Shown here piece after piece: positions 40,743 to 50,726 of a stretch of DNA of 64,000 bases. Position 1 is the stretch's first letter. Each line of letters begins with the position of its first letter. The translations under genes and the position numbers were made by a program. This DNA comes from Candidatus Hydrogenedentota bacterium (GTDB lineage Bacteria; Hydrogenedentota; Hydrogenedentia; Hydrogenedentales; SLHB01), in assembly GCA_963674865.2 (NCBI GenBank), contig CAXXYE010000010.1, positions 1 to 64,000 on the forward strand. Direction: 5' to 3'. The notes under the pieces are model-generated. The model was not told where the DNA came from. It made no database searches and saw only the letters and a list, made by a program, of their open reading frames with translations.

Positions 40743-41840
40743 ATGATGGCGGAACTCACCAAACGGGAGCGCGTCATGCGCACCATCCGCTTCGAAGAGA
40801 CGGACAGGATTCCCGTATACGACATCTTCCAGAATGACGCCATCATCGAACACTACGCGGGGCGCCCCCTGACAGTCGAAGACGGGACATGGACTACGGG
40901 TGTTGCCGTGGGCCACGCCCTCGACATGGCGCGTAGCGTCGGGGGACCGCACGCCCCCGGAGAGTACCGGCGCGATGACGGACTGGTGATCCAACAGGAG
41001 CGCTGGACAAGTTGGATCGTCGAACGGCCCTTCAAGAACATATCGGAGCTGGTTGTGTGGGTGAAGGAGCGGATTCAAGAGGCGAACCGGCAGGTTTTTG
41101 ACCGGGCCTACGCCGAGCAAGCGCGGCAGGGCATCGAAAGGCGCTGGGCATCCTTTGCGGAGGGCGATTCGACGGGGCGCGGCGACCCCGCGGTCTTGGT
41201 GATCGAGAGCGGCGTGGGACTTACAGAGATGTATTGGGCCGCCGGGATGGAGCTTTTCGTGTCCTTGATGATGGAGTATCCGGACCTCGTCGAAGAATGG
41301 CTCGAAGCCCGCAATCAAGCCGAACTCCGGCGTGTGGCGGCTATCGCCGACCCGGCATGGATCCCCATCGCCCTGCCGTACGACGATATCGCCTTCAAGG
41401 GCGGCCCCCTCTTTTCGCCCGCCTGGCTGAGGCAGTACGTTTTCCCCAGACTGAAGCGTCTGGTCGACGCATGGCACACGCGCGACGCCGCCTGCCTTTT
41501 TCACTCCGACGGCAACCTCTGGCTCGTGATGGATGACCTCGTCGAGGCGGGCATCGACGGCCTCAACCCTCTCGAAGTCCTGGCGAACATGTCGGTGGGC
41601 AGCGTTCGTGAACGCTATCCAGACTTGTTCCTCACCGGCGGCATCGATGTGAGCCAGCTCCTCTCCACGGGCACGCCGGACGAGGTGCGCGACGCCTGCC
41701 GCGTGGCCATCCAAGAGGCTTGTGGACGTGGATACTTCCTTGGTTCCACCACAGAGCTGCACTGGGACGTCAAGCTCGAAAACGCCGTTGCCATGATAGA
41801 GACAGCCTGGGCAACGAGCGGGCACGGCGAGCCGAGGTAG
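40743..41840 (+). CDS. Uroporphyrinogen decarboxylase / MtaA-CmuA family protein
   Basis: YDDIAFK, FHSDGN, IDGLNPLE, GGIDV and GTPDEV. Confidence 0.85.
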   Translation: MMAELTKRERVMRTIRFEETDRIPVYDIFQNDAIIEHYAGRPLTVEDGTWTTGVAVGHALDMARSVGGPHAPGEYRRDDGLVIQQERWTSWIVERPFKNISELVVWVKERIQEANRQVFDRAYAEQARQGIERRWASFAEGDSTGRGDPAVLVIESGVGLTEMYWAAGMELFVSLMMEYPDLVEEWLEARNQAELRRVAAIADPAWIPIALPYDDIAFKGGPLFSPAWLRQYVFPRLKRLVDAWHTRDAACLFHSDGNLWLVMDDLVEAGIDGLNPLEVLANMSVGSVRERYPDLFLTGGIDVSQLLSTGTPDEVRDACRVAIQEACGRGYFLGSTTELHWDVKLENAVAMIETAWATSGHGEPR

Positions 41841-41891
41841 GTACGGATCGGGTGGGTGCACCGGGAGGCTCGGTGATTGAGGAGACAAGTG

Positions 41892-41920
41892 TTGCGGGCC
41901 GCGCCCGGTGGAAGTAGAAT
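41892..41920 (+). promoter_or_regulatory. Putative sigma70 promoter TTGCGG-17-TAGAAT
   Basis: Located 30 bp upstream of hicB. Confidence 0.45.
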
Positions 41921-41950
41921 GGGGGCAATTGGCACAAAGGAGAGGCGACG

Positions 41951-42184
41951 ATGCGGCTTCAACACACGATCACGGCGGTGATTCGCCCCGGGGAACAGTC
42001 GGATTACGTCGCTGAATGCGTTGAGATACCGGTTGTTACACAAGGGACCACGCTGGATGAAACCGTCGCGAACTTGCGCGAGGCCACCGAACTCCACCTT
42101 GAGGGGGCGGATTTGGCGGAAATTGGCCTGGCCGCAAGCCCAACGGTAGCCATCACCATGGAGCTGGAGCCTGTGGATGCCTAG
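41951..42184 (+). CDS. hicB: HicB family antitoxin (short, UPF0150 type)
   Basis: YVAECVEIPVVTQGTTLDETVANLREATELHL. Confidence 0.88.
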   Translation: MRLQHTITAVIRPGEQSDYVAECVEIPVVTQGTTLDETVANLREATELHLEGADLAEIGLAASPTVAITMELEPVDA

Positions 42185-42850
42185 CAGTCCGTGGCCGACG
42201 CCTCTTTGTGGCGAGGCATCTCAGGCGACGCCAAGTGAACGTTGCGGGGATTATCGGAGCCCCTGTTGCCTTCCGGAGGCGGATATGCGCCCAGACGGCG
42301 CCTCCGAAGGTGCTTAGGCGTTCTGCCAGCGCGATCTGACTGTTTCCTGTTCCCCTTGAGAGCTGTTCATGTAAGCCCTTGGGCGTTCCGAATCCGTCCA
42401 TCCGCCGGAAGATGAGACTAAGGTTGAAGGCGCCCACGTGAATGAGCAGGCGTTTGAGGATGTTGTCGTGATGGCGCAGATGGGTGCGCCGCATCGCGCC
42501 CGTCTCGTAGCAGTGGGCGAAGCTGCGTTCGATGAGTTCGCCGCGTTTGCGCAGCAGTTTCTTGCCGTACGCGCCGCAGATGCGTCTGCGGTTGGCATAG
42601 ACCGCGTCGCGTTCCTCGGTTTTGCCTTCCCACTTGCGCCGGCCCCGCTTGGATTCGCTCATGCACGTCCTCAAGCCCGCCTCTTGCAGGTCGCGCGTGG
42701 TGTCATTGCTGTGGTACCCCTTATCCAGAACCACTTCCCGGGCGGCTCGAGATGGCGGCGCGCCTCGGATTCCGCGGCGGCCGTCTGGAGGTTTTCCCGC
42801 GCCTTATCCAGCGTCGGCTTCACCGTCTCCGTATCGCCGAGGTCAACGTG
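42185..42850 (-). pseudogene. Truncated, frameshifted DDE transposase (IS1182/IS5-like) with one intact IS end
   Basis: DLGDTET in one frame, then VVLDKGYHS..KRGELIERSFAHCYETGAMRRTHLR in another (shift near 42740); ends CCACGGACTG|CTAG; N-terminal half absent. Confidence 0.85.
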
Positions 42851-43042
42851 CTGAACTTCTTGAGCGCCCACGCCGGCCGCTCCGAGCTCATCGATTTTGG
42901 GAAGCGCTTCAAAGACCGCGCCGAGAAGGTCCCCCTCGTCCACGGTGAAAACGGCGCCCTCGCAGCCCTCCAATCCGGCCTCCAAGCCGAAGGCTGCACC
43001 AACACCCACATCCAGGAAGAAGGCGTTCCTGTTGAGTTCTAG
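42837..43042 (+). pseudogene. C-terminal fragment of an MBL-fold beta-CASP ribonuclease
   Basis: AEVNVLNFLSAHAGRSEL...LVHGE motifs with no upstream MBL domain. Confidence 0.8.
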
Positions 43043-43788
43043 GCGGCCCGGTCCGTGTCGCCCTTTCGCGGTGGTTTGCGAAAACAACCGATAAGATTGA
43101 CTCGAATCCCCGACAAGGCTGAGAAGCGGCTTACCAGGCGCTCATAGAGCATGCCGCAATAGAACACGGCAACGTTCATCACGAGGTAGTTGGGCGAGCA
43201 CTCTCGCGATACCAGTTCTATCTCCTCAAAACCAGCCTGAGTGAATTGTCGCCGGACATCCTTGAAGCTGTTGAGCTTGTAGGCGGTAGGGAAAGTGTCC
43301 TCTTCCAGCCGCCCGCGCCTTCTGTTGTACCATTCGTGAAACGTATGGGGCGTAAGGCTCGCCATGGCCGCGACATAGTGCCACTTGTTGGGGGTGAGGA
43401 AGAGAAACCTGCCACCGGGTCTAAGGACACGCCTCACCTCCTTGAGAAATAGCGGCGGATTGGCAACGTGTTCGAGGACGTAACGAGAGAAGACAACGTC
43501 GAACGAGTTGTCTTCGAACGGCATGTGGATTAGATCGGTGTGCACGCCTCGATCAAGCAGGGGATTGTTCTCGACGCGCTCGTCTAGGTCGGCGCCCACC
43601 ATCTCGGCTACCCGGCCCCGGAAATCGTATTGAAAGAGGTCTCCCGCGCCTGCCCCAGCGTCAAGAACGTGACTCTCGGGCGCTATGTGTCTTTCGATTG
43701 CTCTGAGAAAGAACGGGTCATTGCTGCGCCGGTCCGGAGGGTAGCAGCGGACCATTGCCCTTTCGACGCGTTCACTCATTGAGCGCAT
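43039..43788 (-). CDS. Class I SAM-dependent methyltransferase
   Basis: VLDAGAG, PFEDNSFDVV and RVLRPGG. Confidence 0.9.
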   Translation of the reverse strand: MRSMSERVERAMVRCYPPDRRSNDPFFLRAIERHIAPESHVLDAGAGAGDLFQYDFRGRVAEMVGADLDERVENNPLLDRGVHTDLIHMPFEDNSFDVVFSRYVLEHVANPPLFLKEVRRVLRPGGRFLFLTPNKWHYVAAMASLTPHTFHEWYNRRRGRLEEDTFPTAYKLNSFKDVRRQFTQAGFEEIELVSRECSPNYLVMNVAVFYCGMLYERLVSRFSALSGIRVNLIGCFRKPPRKGDTDRAA

Positions 43789-45176
43789 ACGTTTGTATCC
43801 CCAGGGACAGTTGAGATGTTATGCCCGTAAAGCTCACAGGAATTGACAGGCCCGACAATACGTCTTCCCGCGCAAAAGATGAGAAACATCGCGAAGACAA
43901 AAGCATCATTCCGGAACATAAAAATCGTACTGGAGCGCAGGAGAATGATGTACCACAGGGAGGCGAACAACAACGCGGCCAGGCCGTCGGATCTTGAAAG
44001 GGCCTTGATAATGAACCGCGAGGCAAGAAATCCGACGAAGAACGGCAGAATGAAAAGGCCGGGCACACCAAAATCAGAATAGATGTATCGTAGCCACGTG
44101 AAGACGTTGCCGGCGCGGCGCCAATGGTAGTCCGGTTGATATCGGACATACTGATGCTCCCATGAAACAAGCTGCTCCGGAACGGGGATTGACTCTGGGA
44201 CTATCCGAAGCAGTCTAAGCCACTGCTCGATGCCGAAGAACGACATTCGTCCCCAGGTACGCTCGCTGGTGTCATCAATAGTGCTGTCAAAGCCTATAAG
44301 GGTGCCGATATTGTAGTCTATGACCTGAACGACGCTCAGGGGCAAGGATAGGTTTCCAACCGCTCTGGTCTTGGTCTCTCTTGTCTTCTCTCCGATAGTA
44401 TTCATGACGAAGATGCCGCCCGCGAGAACGAGGACAAGCAGGATCTTCCCGGGCTTGGCCGCCTTCTTCGCCAATTGTCTCGCCCCATGTTTCCATTGGA
44501 GCGCAGCCTGCGGCAGGGGAAGGAAGACACTAAGCAAAAAGAACAGAAGCAGCATATCGAAGATGTGCGAACGGCTGCCCCAGCCGCAGTCATATAAGAC
44601 GGTTCCTGCCAGGGGCAACAGGACGCCGTACCAGGCTTTCCTGTTGACAACGATTAGTTGTAACGTGCCCAGGATAACGGCGGGATATGAAGCGCCAAGA
44701 AGAAGTGAACAGTACTTCGCAGGAAGCCCGAGAGGCGTGCCGCCGTACATAGCCAGTCCTTGCGAAGTCCGGGCGGTCTTGAGTTCCCTGGCATGGCTGA
44801 ACACGTTGCCGAACGTAAGCCAACTGGCGGCGAAAACGATTAGCCCGGCCAGCAGCGCGATTAGACCGCACGCCAGTGTCCAACGCCGAAGCGCATCGCG
44901 ACGGAATTCCCAAGATTGCGCAACCACGGTGCCGGATGCTGCAAGAACGAGGCACTCACTCACATAGATAGCGATGAGCGGGATCGCGGAATAAATCAAG
45001 GCCCGCTCGGTGAGCGGGCGGTAATACATGAAGTCGGCCCAGTGGATGAACCATATCGCGCCCCAGATAAGGGCGTACAAACCTGTTGGCGATATCCCGC
45101 TACCGACGGTTCTCCGCCACATGACACGTGATAGGCAGAAGAGAAGGCCGCTCAACACTATGAGAGAAAACAACAC
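43776..45176 (-). CDS. wzy: Oligosaccharide repeat-unit polymerase (Wzy-like)
   Basis: About 10 TM helices, GSRS and NVFTWLRYIYSDFG; within the polysaccharide operon. Confidence 0.75.
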   Translation of the reverse strand: MLFSLIVLSGLLFCLSRVMWRRTVGSGISPTGLYALIWGAIWFIHWADFMYYRPLTERALIYSAIPLIAIYVSECLVLAASGTVVAQSWEFRRDALRRWTLACGLIALLAGLIVFAASWLTFGNVFSHARELKTARTSQGLAMYGGTPLGLPAKYCSLLLGASYPAVILGTLQLIVVNRKAWYGVLLPLAGTVLYDCGWGSRSHIFDMLLLFFLLSVFLPLPQAALQWKHGARQLAKKAAKPGKILLVLVLAGGIFVMNTIGEKTRETKTRAVGNLSLPLSVVQVIDYNIGTLIGFDSTIDDTSERTWGRMSFFGIEQWLRLLRIVPESIPVPEQLVSWEHQYVRYQPDYHWRRAGNVFTWLRYIYSDFGVPGLFILPFFVGFLASRFIIKALSRSDGLAALLFASLWYIILLRSSTIFMFRNDAFVFAMFLIFCAGRRIVGPVNSCELYGHNISTVPGDTNVCAQ

Positions 45177-45230
45177 CGTGACTACGCCACCATTTAGGGA
45201 TACGACGCGATCAGCACCGCTTTTCCAGAA

Positions 45231-46196
45231 TCATACCAGATATGTTTGCGCCGTCGTATGCGCTCGCAGCCTCCGCGAGCATACAAGCCTCCCGCACTGC
45301 AAGACGCTATGGAAGTGCTGAAAGGCCGCGGCATGATGCCGGAACCACGCCGGTGATTCCCTCCTCTTGGCGTAAGCCAGGACTTGATGACAGAGGCCCC
45401 TGGCCGCGCACAGGGCGGCAAATCTGGCAACCGCCACAAGATGTTGGCAGTCGTAACGATAGAAGCGATATACCACTTCGATACCGGCGTTTTCGGCCCG
45501 CTGCTTGGTGTATTTCTCCGTCATGCGGCTCGCAGGAACGCAATGCTCGAGAACGGCTCCGGGGGCGTACCAGACCACGAGGCCCGCTTCGTGCAGCTTT
45601 CGCGCCAGGCCGGACTCGCCGTCTCCACGGTACCGAATCAGGCTGCGGTTCCCGAAACCGTCGGGATTGAAGCCTCCAACGTCTAAGAGGGCCTTCTTCC
45701 TGACGGCCATATTGCATCCCACGGCGCTGCCGAAAGGTGGAATGGCATGTGCCTTGTCGCCAAGGTCAAGCGCGCTGAGAGACGACGAGAAGAGACCAAC
45801 CCATTCAGGTGGCGACGATTCGTATCGCAAGACAACCTTCCCGGCCACCATCGCAACGTTGGCGTCGTCAAAAGGTGCGATCATGGCTGAAAGCCAATCC
45901 GGCGGGCAGATGACATCGTCGTCGATAAAGATCAACAAATCGCCCCGCGCCGCCCGCGCACCCGCGTGGCGCGCGTTGTGAAGGCCTGTCCTTCGCTCAT
46001 GAACGTACCGAAGTGTGCATTGAGAAGTCTCTTCACACAACGCCTGGAGGCCTTGCGTCGGTGTCTCGGCGTTATCGACTATGATGACCTCGAAGGACCC
46101 GCGGGGCGCATCCTGGTTCCCGATGCTCTGAAGCGCCTTCGCAAGCGGGTCGGACCGCTTGTACGTCGGGATGATCACACTCGCCTTCATAGTCAC
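45231..46196 (-). CDS. Glycosyltransferase family 2
   Basis: SVIIPTY, VDN, ARHAG, FIDDD and GCNMAVR. Confidence 0.92.
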   Translation of the reverse strand: MTMKASVIIPTYKRSDPLAKALQSIGNQDAPRGSFEVIIVDNAETPTQGLQALCEETSQCTLRYVHERRTGLHNARHAGARAARGDLLIFIDDDVICPPDWLSAMIAPFDDANVAMVAGKVVLRYESSPPEWVGLFSSSLSALDLGDKAHAIPPFGSAVGCNMAVRKKALLDVGGFNPDGFGNRSLIRYRGDGESGLARKLHEAGLVVWYAPGAVLEHCVPASRMTEKYTKQRAENAGIEVVYRFYRYDCQHLVAVARFAALCAARGLCHQVLAYAKRRESPAWFRHHAAAFQHFHSVLQCGRLVCSRRLRAHTTAQTYLV

Positions 46197-46223
46197 CCAA
46201 ACCGTTGTGTCGCTCAGGACGTC

Positions 46224-46976
46224 CTAGTGCCGGCTCGCATCAGAGGGGTGGCCCTCCGAAAGGGCGTTCTTGCAGATGAAGATATCTATCAAGGACAGCG
46301 ACGGTACCGCGGCCACTTGGAATAAATCGTGCAGCCACCGGAACCACGCCGGCCGCCGACAGATCACCTTGCGATAGACGAAGGGCACGGTGAGCGTAAC
46401 GCCTTTAACCTTCTCAATCCGAAAGCCCGCTTCCGTGAGTAGCCGCCGATTCTCCCAGTAGGGCCGTTCTCCGATGTGATTCGTCTCGATGTCGGTGCGG
46501 TCTAGGCGTCCAAGGGCAGCCATGCGAAAACGCGAGTTCCAGTGGGCGAGATTGGGGATGGAGATGATAAAGAGCCCGTCCTCTTTAAGGACGCGCGAGA
46601 TCTCCACGAGGGCTTTGGGCTGATCCGCATAGGCGAGGTGCTCGAATACGTCCAACAGCAAGACGACATCGAACCGATTGTCCGAAAAGGGCATACCAAG
46701 AACCGAGCCGCGCTGGACATGCTCGCTTTCGTAGTTGAGATCGATGCCCTTGACGTCATATCCCTCGGATGCAAACTGCTCGACAAGAACGCCCTCCCCG
46801 CAGCCGGCGTCGAGGATTCGCATCTCCTTTGGCAGCGCCCGAATGAGGGCCTTGATATAGGCCATCTTGCGGAGATACGTTGGCGTGAAAGACCAATTCG
46901 GATCGAGATTCCGGTGAAAGTCGCCCTGCTCAGCATATATCCAGCCTCGGAAGGCCTTTTGATCGTTCTCTTTCAT
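46224..46976 (-). CDS. Class I SAM-dependent methyltransferase
   Basis: ILDAGCGEG and FDVVLLLDVFEHL. Confidence 0.9.
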   Translation of the reverse strand: MKENDQKAFRGWIYAEQGDFHRNLDPNWSFTPTYLRKMAYIKALIRALPKEMRILDAGCGEGVLVEQFASEGYDVKGIDLNYESEHVQRGSVLGMPFSDNRFDVVLLLDVFEHLAYADQPKALVEISRVLKEDGLFIISIPNLAHWNSRFRMAALGRLDRTDIETNHIGERPYWENRRLLTEAGFRIEKVKGVTLTVPFVYRKVICRRPAWFRWLHDLFQVAAVPSLSLIDIFICKNALSEGHPSDASRH

Positions 46977-47017
46977 TTGGCGACAAGTCCCACGATTTTA
47001 GACATGTGTTTGGCCGA

Positions 47018-48496
47018 CTACCGAGTGCTGGCTCTTCCCAGCGCCTTCAGCAACATGTTCTTAGTGCTGAGGACGAAGTCGCGATCCAAGATCCAGAGCA
47101 TCCCCATATACACTATCGCTCCCACGAGAACAAGTGCCGCCAAAATGACGGGTTGTGGCACGGCGCCCATGGTGCTGCCCGCCAGCACCTTGAGGGCACT
47201 CACAGAGAGGGCCATAGCAGCGCATGCATAGAAGACACTCTTGCCTTGTTGCCAGAGATAGAATGGCGATGCTCCCAGTACTTTCACATATAGGAAGATG
47301 TGGATCGGTATCGCCAGTAGCCCCGCGGCTACCCTGCCCGCGACAAAGACCTTCATACCATATTGGATTGCAACGACGTAGGTCGGCAAGAAATAGAACA
47401 GTTGTGCCCACATCAGCTTTGTGTTGAGGTCGGGCCTCCCTATTGAGCGATACAGCTCCGCGTTTGCACCCACCAGCCAACTTCCTCCCCCTAGCAGCGC
47501 CAGCGCCCCTAAGACGAAGCCAAGTCCTTCCCATTTCTCGCCGAATAGGACGTGGGCGATCTCAGGTGCTGTCAGCAATAGTCCAAGGCCTACAGGACAG
47601 GCCATCGCAATAATGATGCGGTTTGCCTTGTCGAATGTGGATCTGAGTTTGTCCTTGTCTTCCTGGAGACGGGACAATGTGGAATAGAGCACGGGGAGAA
47701 ATGGATTAAGGAGGAGCCCGAAAAGAAGAGCCGATATGCTCCAGGCAAGCCTGTAGACTCCCAGCTCACCGACGCTGAGGTATTTTCCCACGAGCAGTTG
47801 ATCGCCCCAAGCGATGAGCCACACTCCGAAGGCTTCCAGGATAACCCAGAAGCCGAAGCGGAATAGCCGAGCTGCTATGGCGAAATCGAAAGAGAGAGAA
47901 GGGCGCCACGGACTTGCCAGCCAGAGAATGGCCATGTTAAGGCCCGAACCGACCAGCGTGCCCGTAACCAGTGCCCACACGCCACACCCAAGAAAGGCCA
48001 GGGGAATGGAGAAGAACGCCGGCGTCAGGGCCACGGCGAGTTTCGCCCAGAAGAGCTGGCGGAAGTTGAGGTCGCGCATGAAAAGGAATTGCTGAACGGA
48101 CGTGAAAGAGAGAACTAAGATCTGAATCCCCAATACCCGCAAGACTGGTGCCGACTGAGGAGAGTTGAAGAACTCTGCCAGGAACGGCGCGCCAAGGAAT
48201 ATGACAATGTAGACCAGCGCGCCAAGCGTGATGTTTGTCCAGAAGACCACGTTCGCGCTTTTCTCGATAGGGGCGTTCGTTTGAACAAGTGCCTTCCCGA
48301 GGCCGGCATCAAGGAACATTCTCGAGAAACTTATGGCGATCATCGCTGTGCCGACGATACCGAAGTCCTCCCGAGCCAGTAGGTTTGCCAGAACGATGAG
48401 CACAAGCGGCTGCGCTGCCCGCGCGACTCCCTCCATCATCGCCGACCACTTGAGGGAGGCCGTGGCTCTATGGATTACGTTTTCCTTCGTGCTCAT
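47018..48496 (-). CDS. wzx: Polysaccharide flippase, WzxC/PST type
   Basis: LANLLAREDFG, DAGLGKALVQ, GVWALV and LGVYRLA; start re-called at ATG 48496. Confidence 0.9.
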   Translation of the reverse strand: MSTKENVIHRATASLKWSAMMEGVARAAQPLVLIVLANLLAREDFGIVGTAMIAISFSRMFLDAGLGKALVQTNAPIEKSANVVFWTNITLGALVYIVIFLGAPFLAEFFNSPQSAPVLRVLGIQILVLSFTSVQQFLFMRDLNFRQLFWAKLAVALTPAFFSIPLAFLGCGVWALVTGTLVGSGLNMAILWLASPWRPSLSFDFAIAARLFRFGFWVILEAFGVWLIAWGDQLLVGKYLSVGELGVYRLAWSISALLFGLLLNPFLPVLYSTLSRLQEDKDKLRSTFDKANRIIIAMACPVGLGLLLTAPEIAHVLFGEKWEGLGFVLGALALLGGGSWLVGANAELYRSIGRPDLNTKLMWAQLFYFLPTYVVAIQYGMKVFVAGRVAAGLLAIPIHIFLYVKVLGASPFYLWQQGKSVFYACAAMALSVSALKVLAGSTMGAVPQPVILAALVLVGAIVYMGMLWILDRDFVLSTKNMLLKALGRASTR

Positions 48497-49698
48497 GCTC
48501 TCGGCCCCTTCCTGCGAGATGGATGGAAGAACTGCATTCCGGGACAGTCCACAAATCGCCAGGGGAAGGAAGGATGAGCGGGATTGGCGGCCACCTGAAA
48601 CAGGAAAGCCAGACTCAGACTGCGAAACCACGTGGGAAACATGGAACTCTGCCACATACCGACACTCGTCAGAGGATGACCATACTCCAGACTCTGATGC
48701 TTGCGGAAAACCCAGCCACCGTCTTCATTCTGGTTTACCAATACCCACGGAAGTGCCTTCTCGAAAGCACGGCGGATGTCAGGCCTTCTGTAATCAAGTT
48801 GGTGATAGAGCCGGGCCAGGGGGTCGAGGGTGTCGATGTCCTCACATGCGCTTGAGTTCATCGCCACGCCGAATCCGCCAAGTCGATTCTGAGTTGCCAG
48901 GCAACTGTCGACAATTCGTTCCCGATATCGGATGAAACGTCCGTCGTAGAAATAGAGTAGCCATATATGATAGCCGGTTTGGACACCTTGGGAGAGGTGA
49001 TAGGGTGAGTCGAACCGAGTGCCCCACAAGCCCGTGCTCGGATCCTGTCGCTTGTCCAGCCATCCATACATCTCCTCCAGCGCATCCTGCGCCCAAGGCT
49101 CATTCTGGAAATCTCGTGCGTACTGCAGCATCGTTCCGTAGTTTTGGACTTCATTGCTGACATTGGCCGCCGACACACCCCACGCTCGAGATTCAAGCCA
49201 CCTTGTCATCTCACCAGGCCTCTTGAACATCTCGACCACGCGGAAGGGCTTTTGCGCTACGGCATTCAGGCACGCCAACGCCATGATTGCGTGAAGTGTC
49301 ATATGCCGCGATCCCCACCAGTCCGCCTCTTCCGCTAGGGGACAGTCAATGCGGGGATCACGGAATAGCCCGTCGTCATGTTGATGTCTCTGGATGTACC
49401 TCGCCCACTGCGCTCTTTCGGCGCGTGACAAGTCATCAAGATCGTCGAAGAGGTGCCTGACCAACGTCGCGTAACACGAGGCGTAGAGAAGACAAGGTCC
49501 CGCAGCGCTGAAGGCATAGGCCCCGATCTCTTGACCTGCGCAATGATTGCGCTTCACGTAGCTCAGCGTTGAGGCCCGAACTCTAGTCAGGACATCGGCG
49601 TCTTCCTCAGTCCGGGCCACTTGGCGACGGACTTGAAGCGGTAGGTACATATCTGTAAGCAGGCGTCTCAGAAGACGCTGCGCGACGTGTTTTTTCAC
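48493..49698 (-). CDS. Prenyltransferase/squalene-cyclase repeat (alpha/alpha barrel) protein
   Basis: QW-like repeats QHDDGLF, QDPSTGLW, QNRLGGF and QNEDGGW; start re-called at GTG 49698. Confidence 0.7.
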   Translation of the reverse strand: MKKHVAQRLLRRLLTDMYLPLQVRRQVARTEEDADVLTRVRASTLSYVKRNHCAGQEIGAYAFSAAGPCLLYASCYATLVRHLFDDLDDLSRAERAQWARYIQRHQHDDGLFRDPRIDCPLAEEADWWGSRHMTLHAIMALACLNAVAQKPFRVVEMFKRPGEMTRWLESRAWGVSAANVSNEVQNYGTMLQYARDFQNEPWAQDALEEMYGWLDKRQDPSTGLWGTRFDSPYHLSQGVQTGYHIWLLYFYDGRFIRYRERIVDSCLATQNRLGGFGVAMNSSACEDIDTLDPLARLYHQLDYRRPDIRRAFEKALPWVLVNQNEDGGWVFRKHQSLEYGHPLTSVGMWQSSMFPTWFRSLSLAFLFQVAANPAHPSFPWRFVDCPGMQFFHPSRRKGPRA

Positions 49699-49715
49699 GC
49701 GAGCCTTTCCATGGG

Positions 49716-50726
49716 CTATGGGCGCCGTTCGCGACTTGACCTGTGTGAACGCTCCTTCGTCATCTCGAGGACGAAGTGGCAATACACGCCCTGGCCCAGT
49801 TCTTGTTTGTTTCTCAAGACATGTATGGTGCAGTGCATCCCCCGTTCCTCCGCCCTGGAAACGACGCGCTCGTTTAGTCTCTCGACATCGTACTTCCTCG
49901 AAAAGGGAATACCCCAGGACGAGGGTCGCAAGTACGCGGTTGCGCCCGAGTCGGCCCATCCCTTTCCGTAGTACTCGGGCGAGGAATAGCCGCAGTAATG
50001 CGTATGCATATACAGGGGGACGACAATCCCCTTTCCGCCAGGTTTCAATAGCCTGGCGACTTCATCGACAAGAAGACTGTCGTCATTCCCAAGAAACACT
50101 TCGTAAGCGCACTGCAGGGACATGCAATCAACAGACTCAGATCCAAACGTGGTCTTCGTTGCGTCCATCTTACGGTAAGTCTTCAAGCGCCGATGGATCG
50201 GAGGGATCTTCAGGTCAATCGCGATGGCGTTGATCCCCTTCGCGTTAAGAACTCGAACCCATGGACTTCCGCAACCGGCCACATCGATATACAAGAAGTC
50301 CTTGGTTCGGGCTTGCGCATGATCCGGGAGAGCATTCCGCAATCCGCACATCTGGGATGCGATGAAATGCTCCAATAGCTTCTCGTTTCGCAATGCGGAA
50401 TTGCTGGTGAAGTAAGTGGCTGGAAAAGGGAAGCTTTTCTTGAAACGCTCAAAATCCTGCGGCGAAATAACCAGCGGCCTCACAGAATTGCCAGTGGCGC
50501 GGAGGCTTTCCTCAATCTCTGCTACCTCGCTGTCGGCGGGCTCGCAATATGGCTCCGCGAGCCTGTGTTTGTGCAGATAGTACGGGGCTGTCAGGAAACG
50601 TCTAGCCCGTCGATGCGCTAAGCCAGCGCTCGCCACAAGTCCGTAACGGGCAATCTTCCTCAAGACGTCATAGGACAATTCGCCTCTCCCCGGTTCATTG
50701 GCATCCACGGCGTTAACATCCGGCAA
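49716..50726 (-). CDS. Methyltransferase-domain protein
   Basis: YIDVAGCGS, IDL, MDAT and RLLKPGG. Confidence 0.7.
   Translation of the reverse strand: MPDVNAVDANEPGRGELSYDVLRKIARYGLVASAGLAHRRARRFLTAPYYLHKHRLAEPYCEPADSEVAEIEESLRATGNSVRPLVISPQDFERFKKSFPFPATYFTSNSALRNEKLLEHFIASQMCGLRNALPDHAQARTKDFLYIDVAGCGSPWVRVLNAKGINAIAIDLKIPPIHRRLKTYRKMDATKTTFGSESVDCMSLQCAYEVFLGNDDSLLVDEVARLLKPGGKGIVVPLYMHTHYCGYSSPEYYGKGWADSGATAYLRPSSWGIPFSRKYDVERLNERVVSRAEERGMHCTIHVLRNKQELGQGVYCHFVLEMTKERSHRSSRERRP

Noticed and set aside
42735..42745. Programmed frameshift in the transposase
   Set aside because: No slippery A-run is present; the gene is also 5'-truncated and appears shifted again near its 3' end, so decay is more likely
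49699..49959. N-terminal extensions of ORFs 48493..49959, 47018..48655, 52175..53311, 38481..39680, 40500..41840 and 34262..35611
   Set aside because: Longest-ORF artefacts overlapping neighbouring genes or promoters; downstream starts fit family N-termini or RBSs
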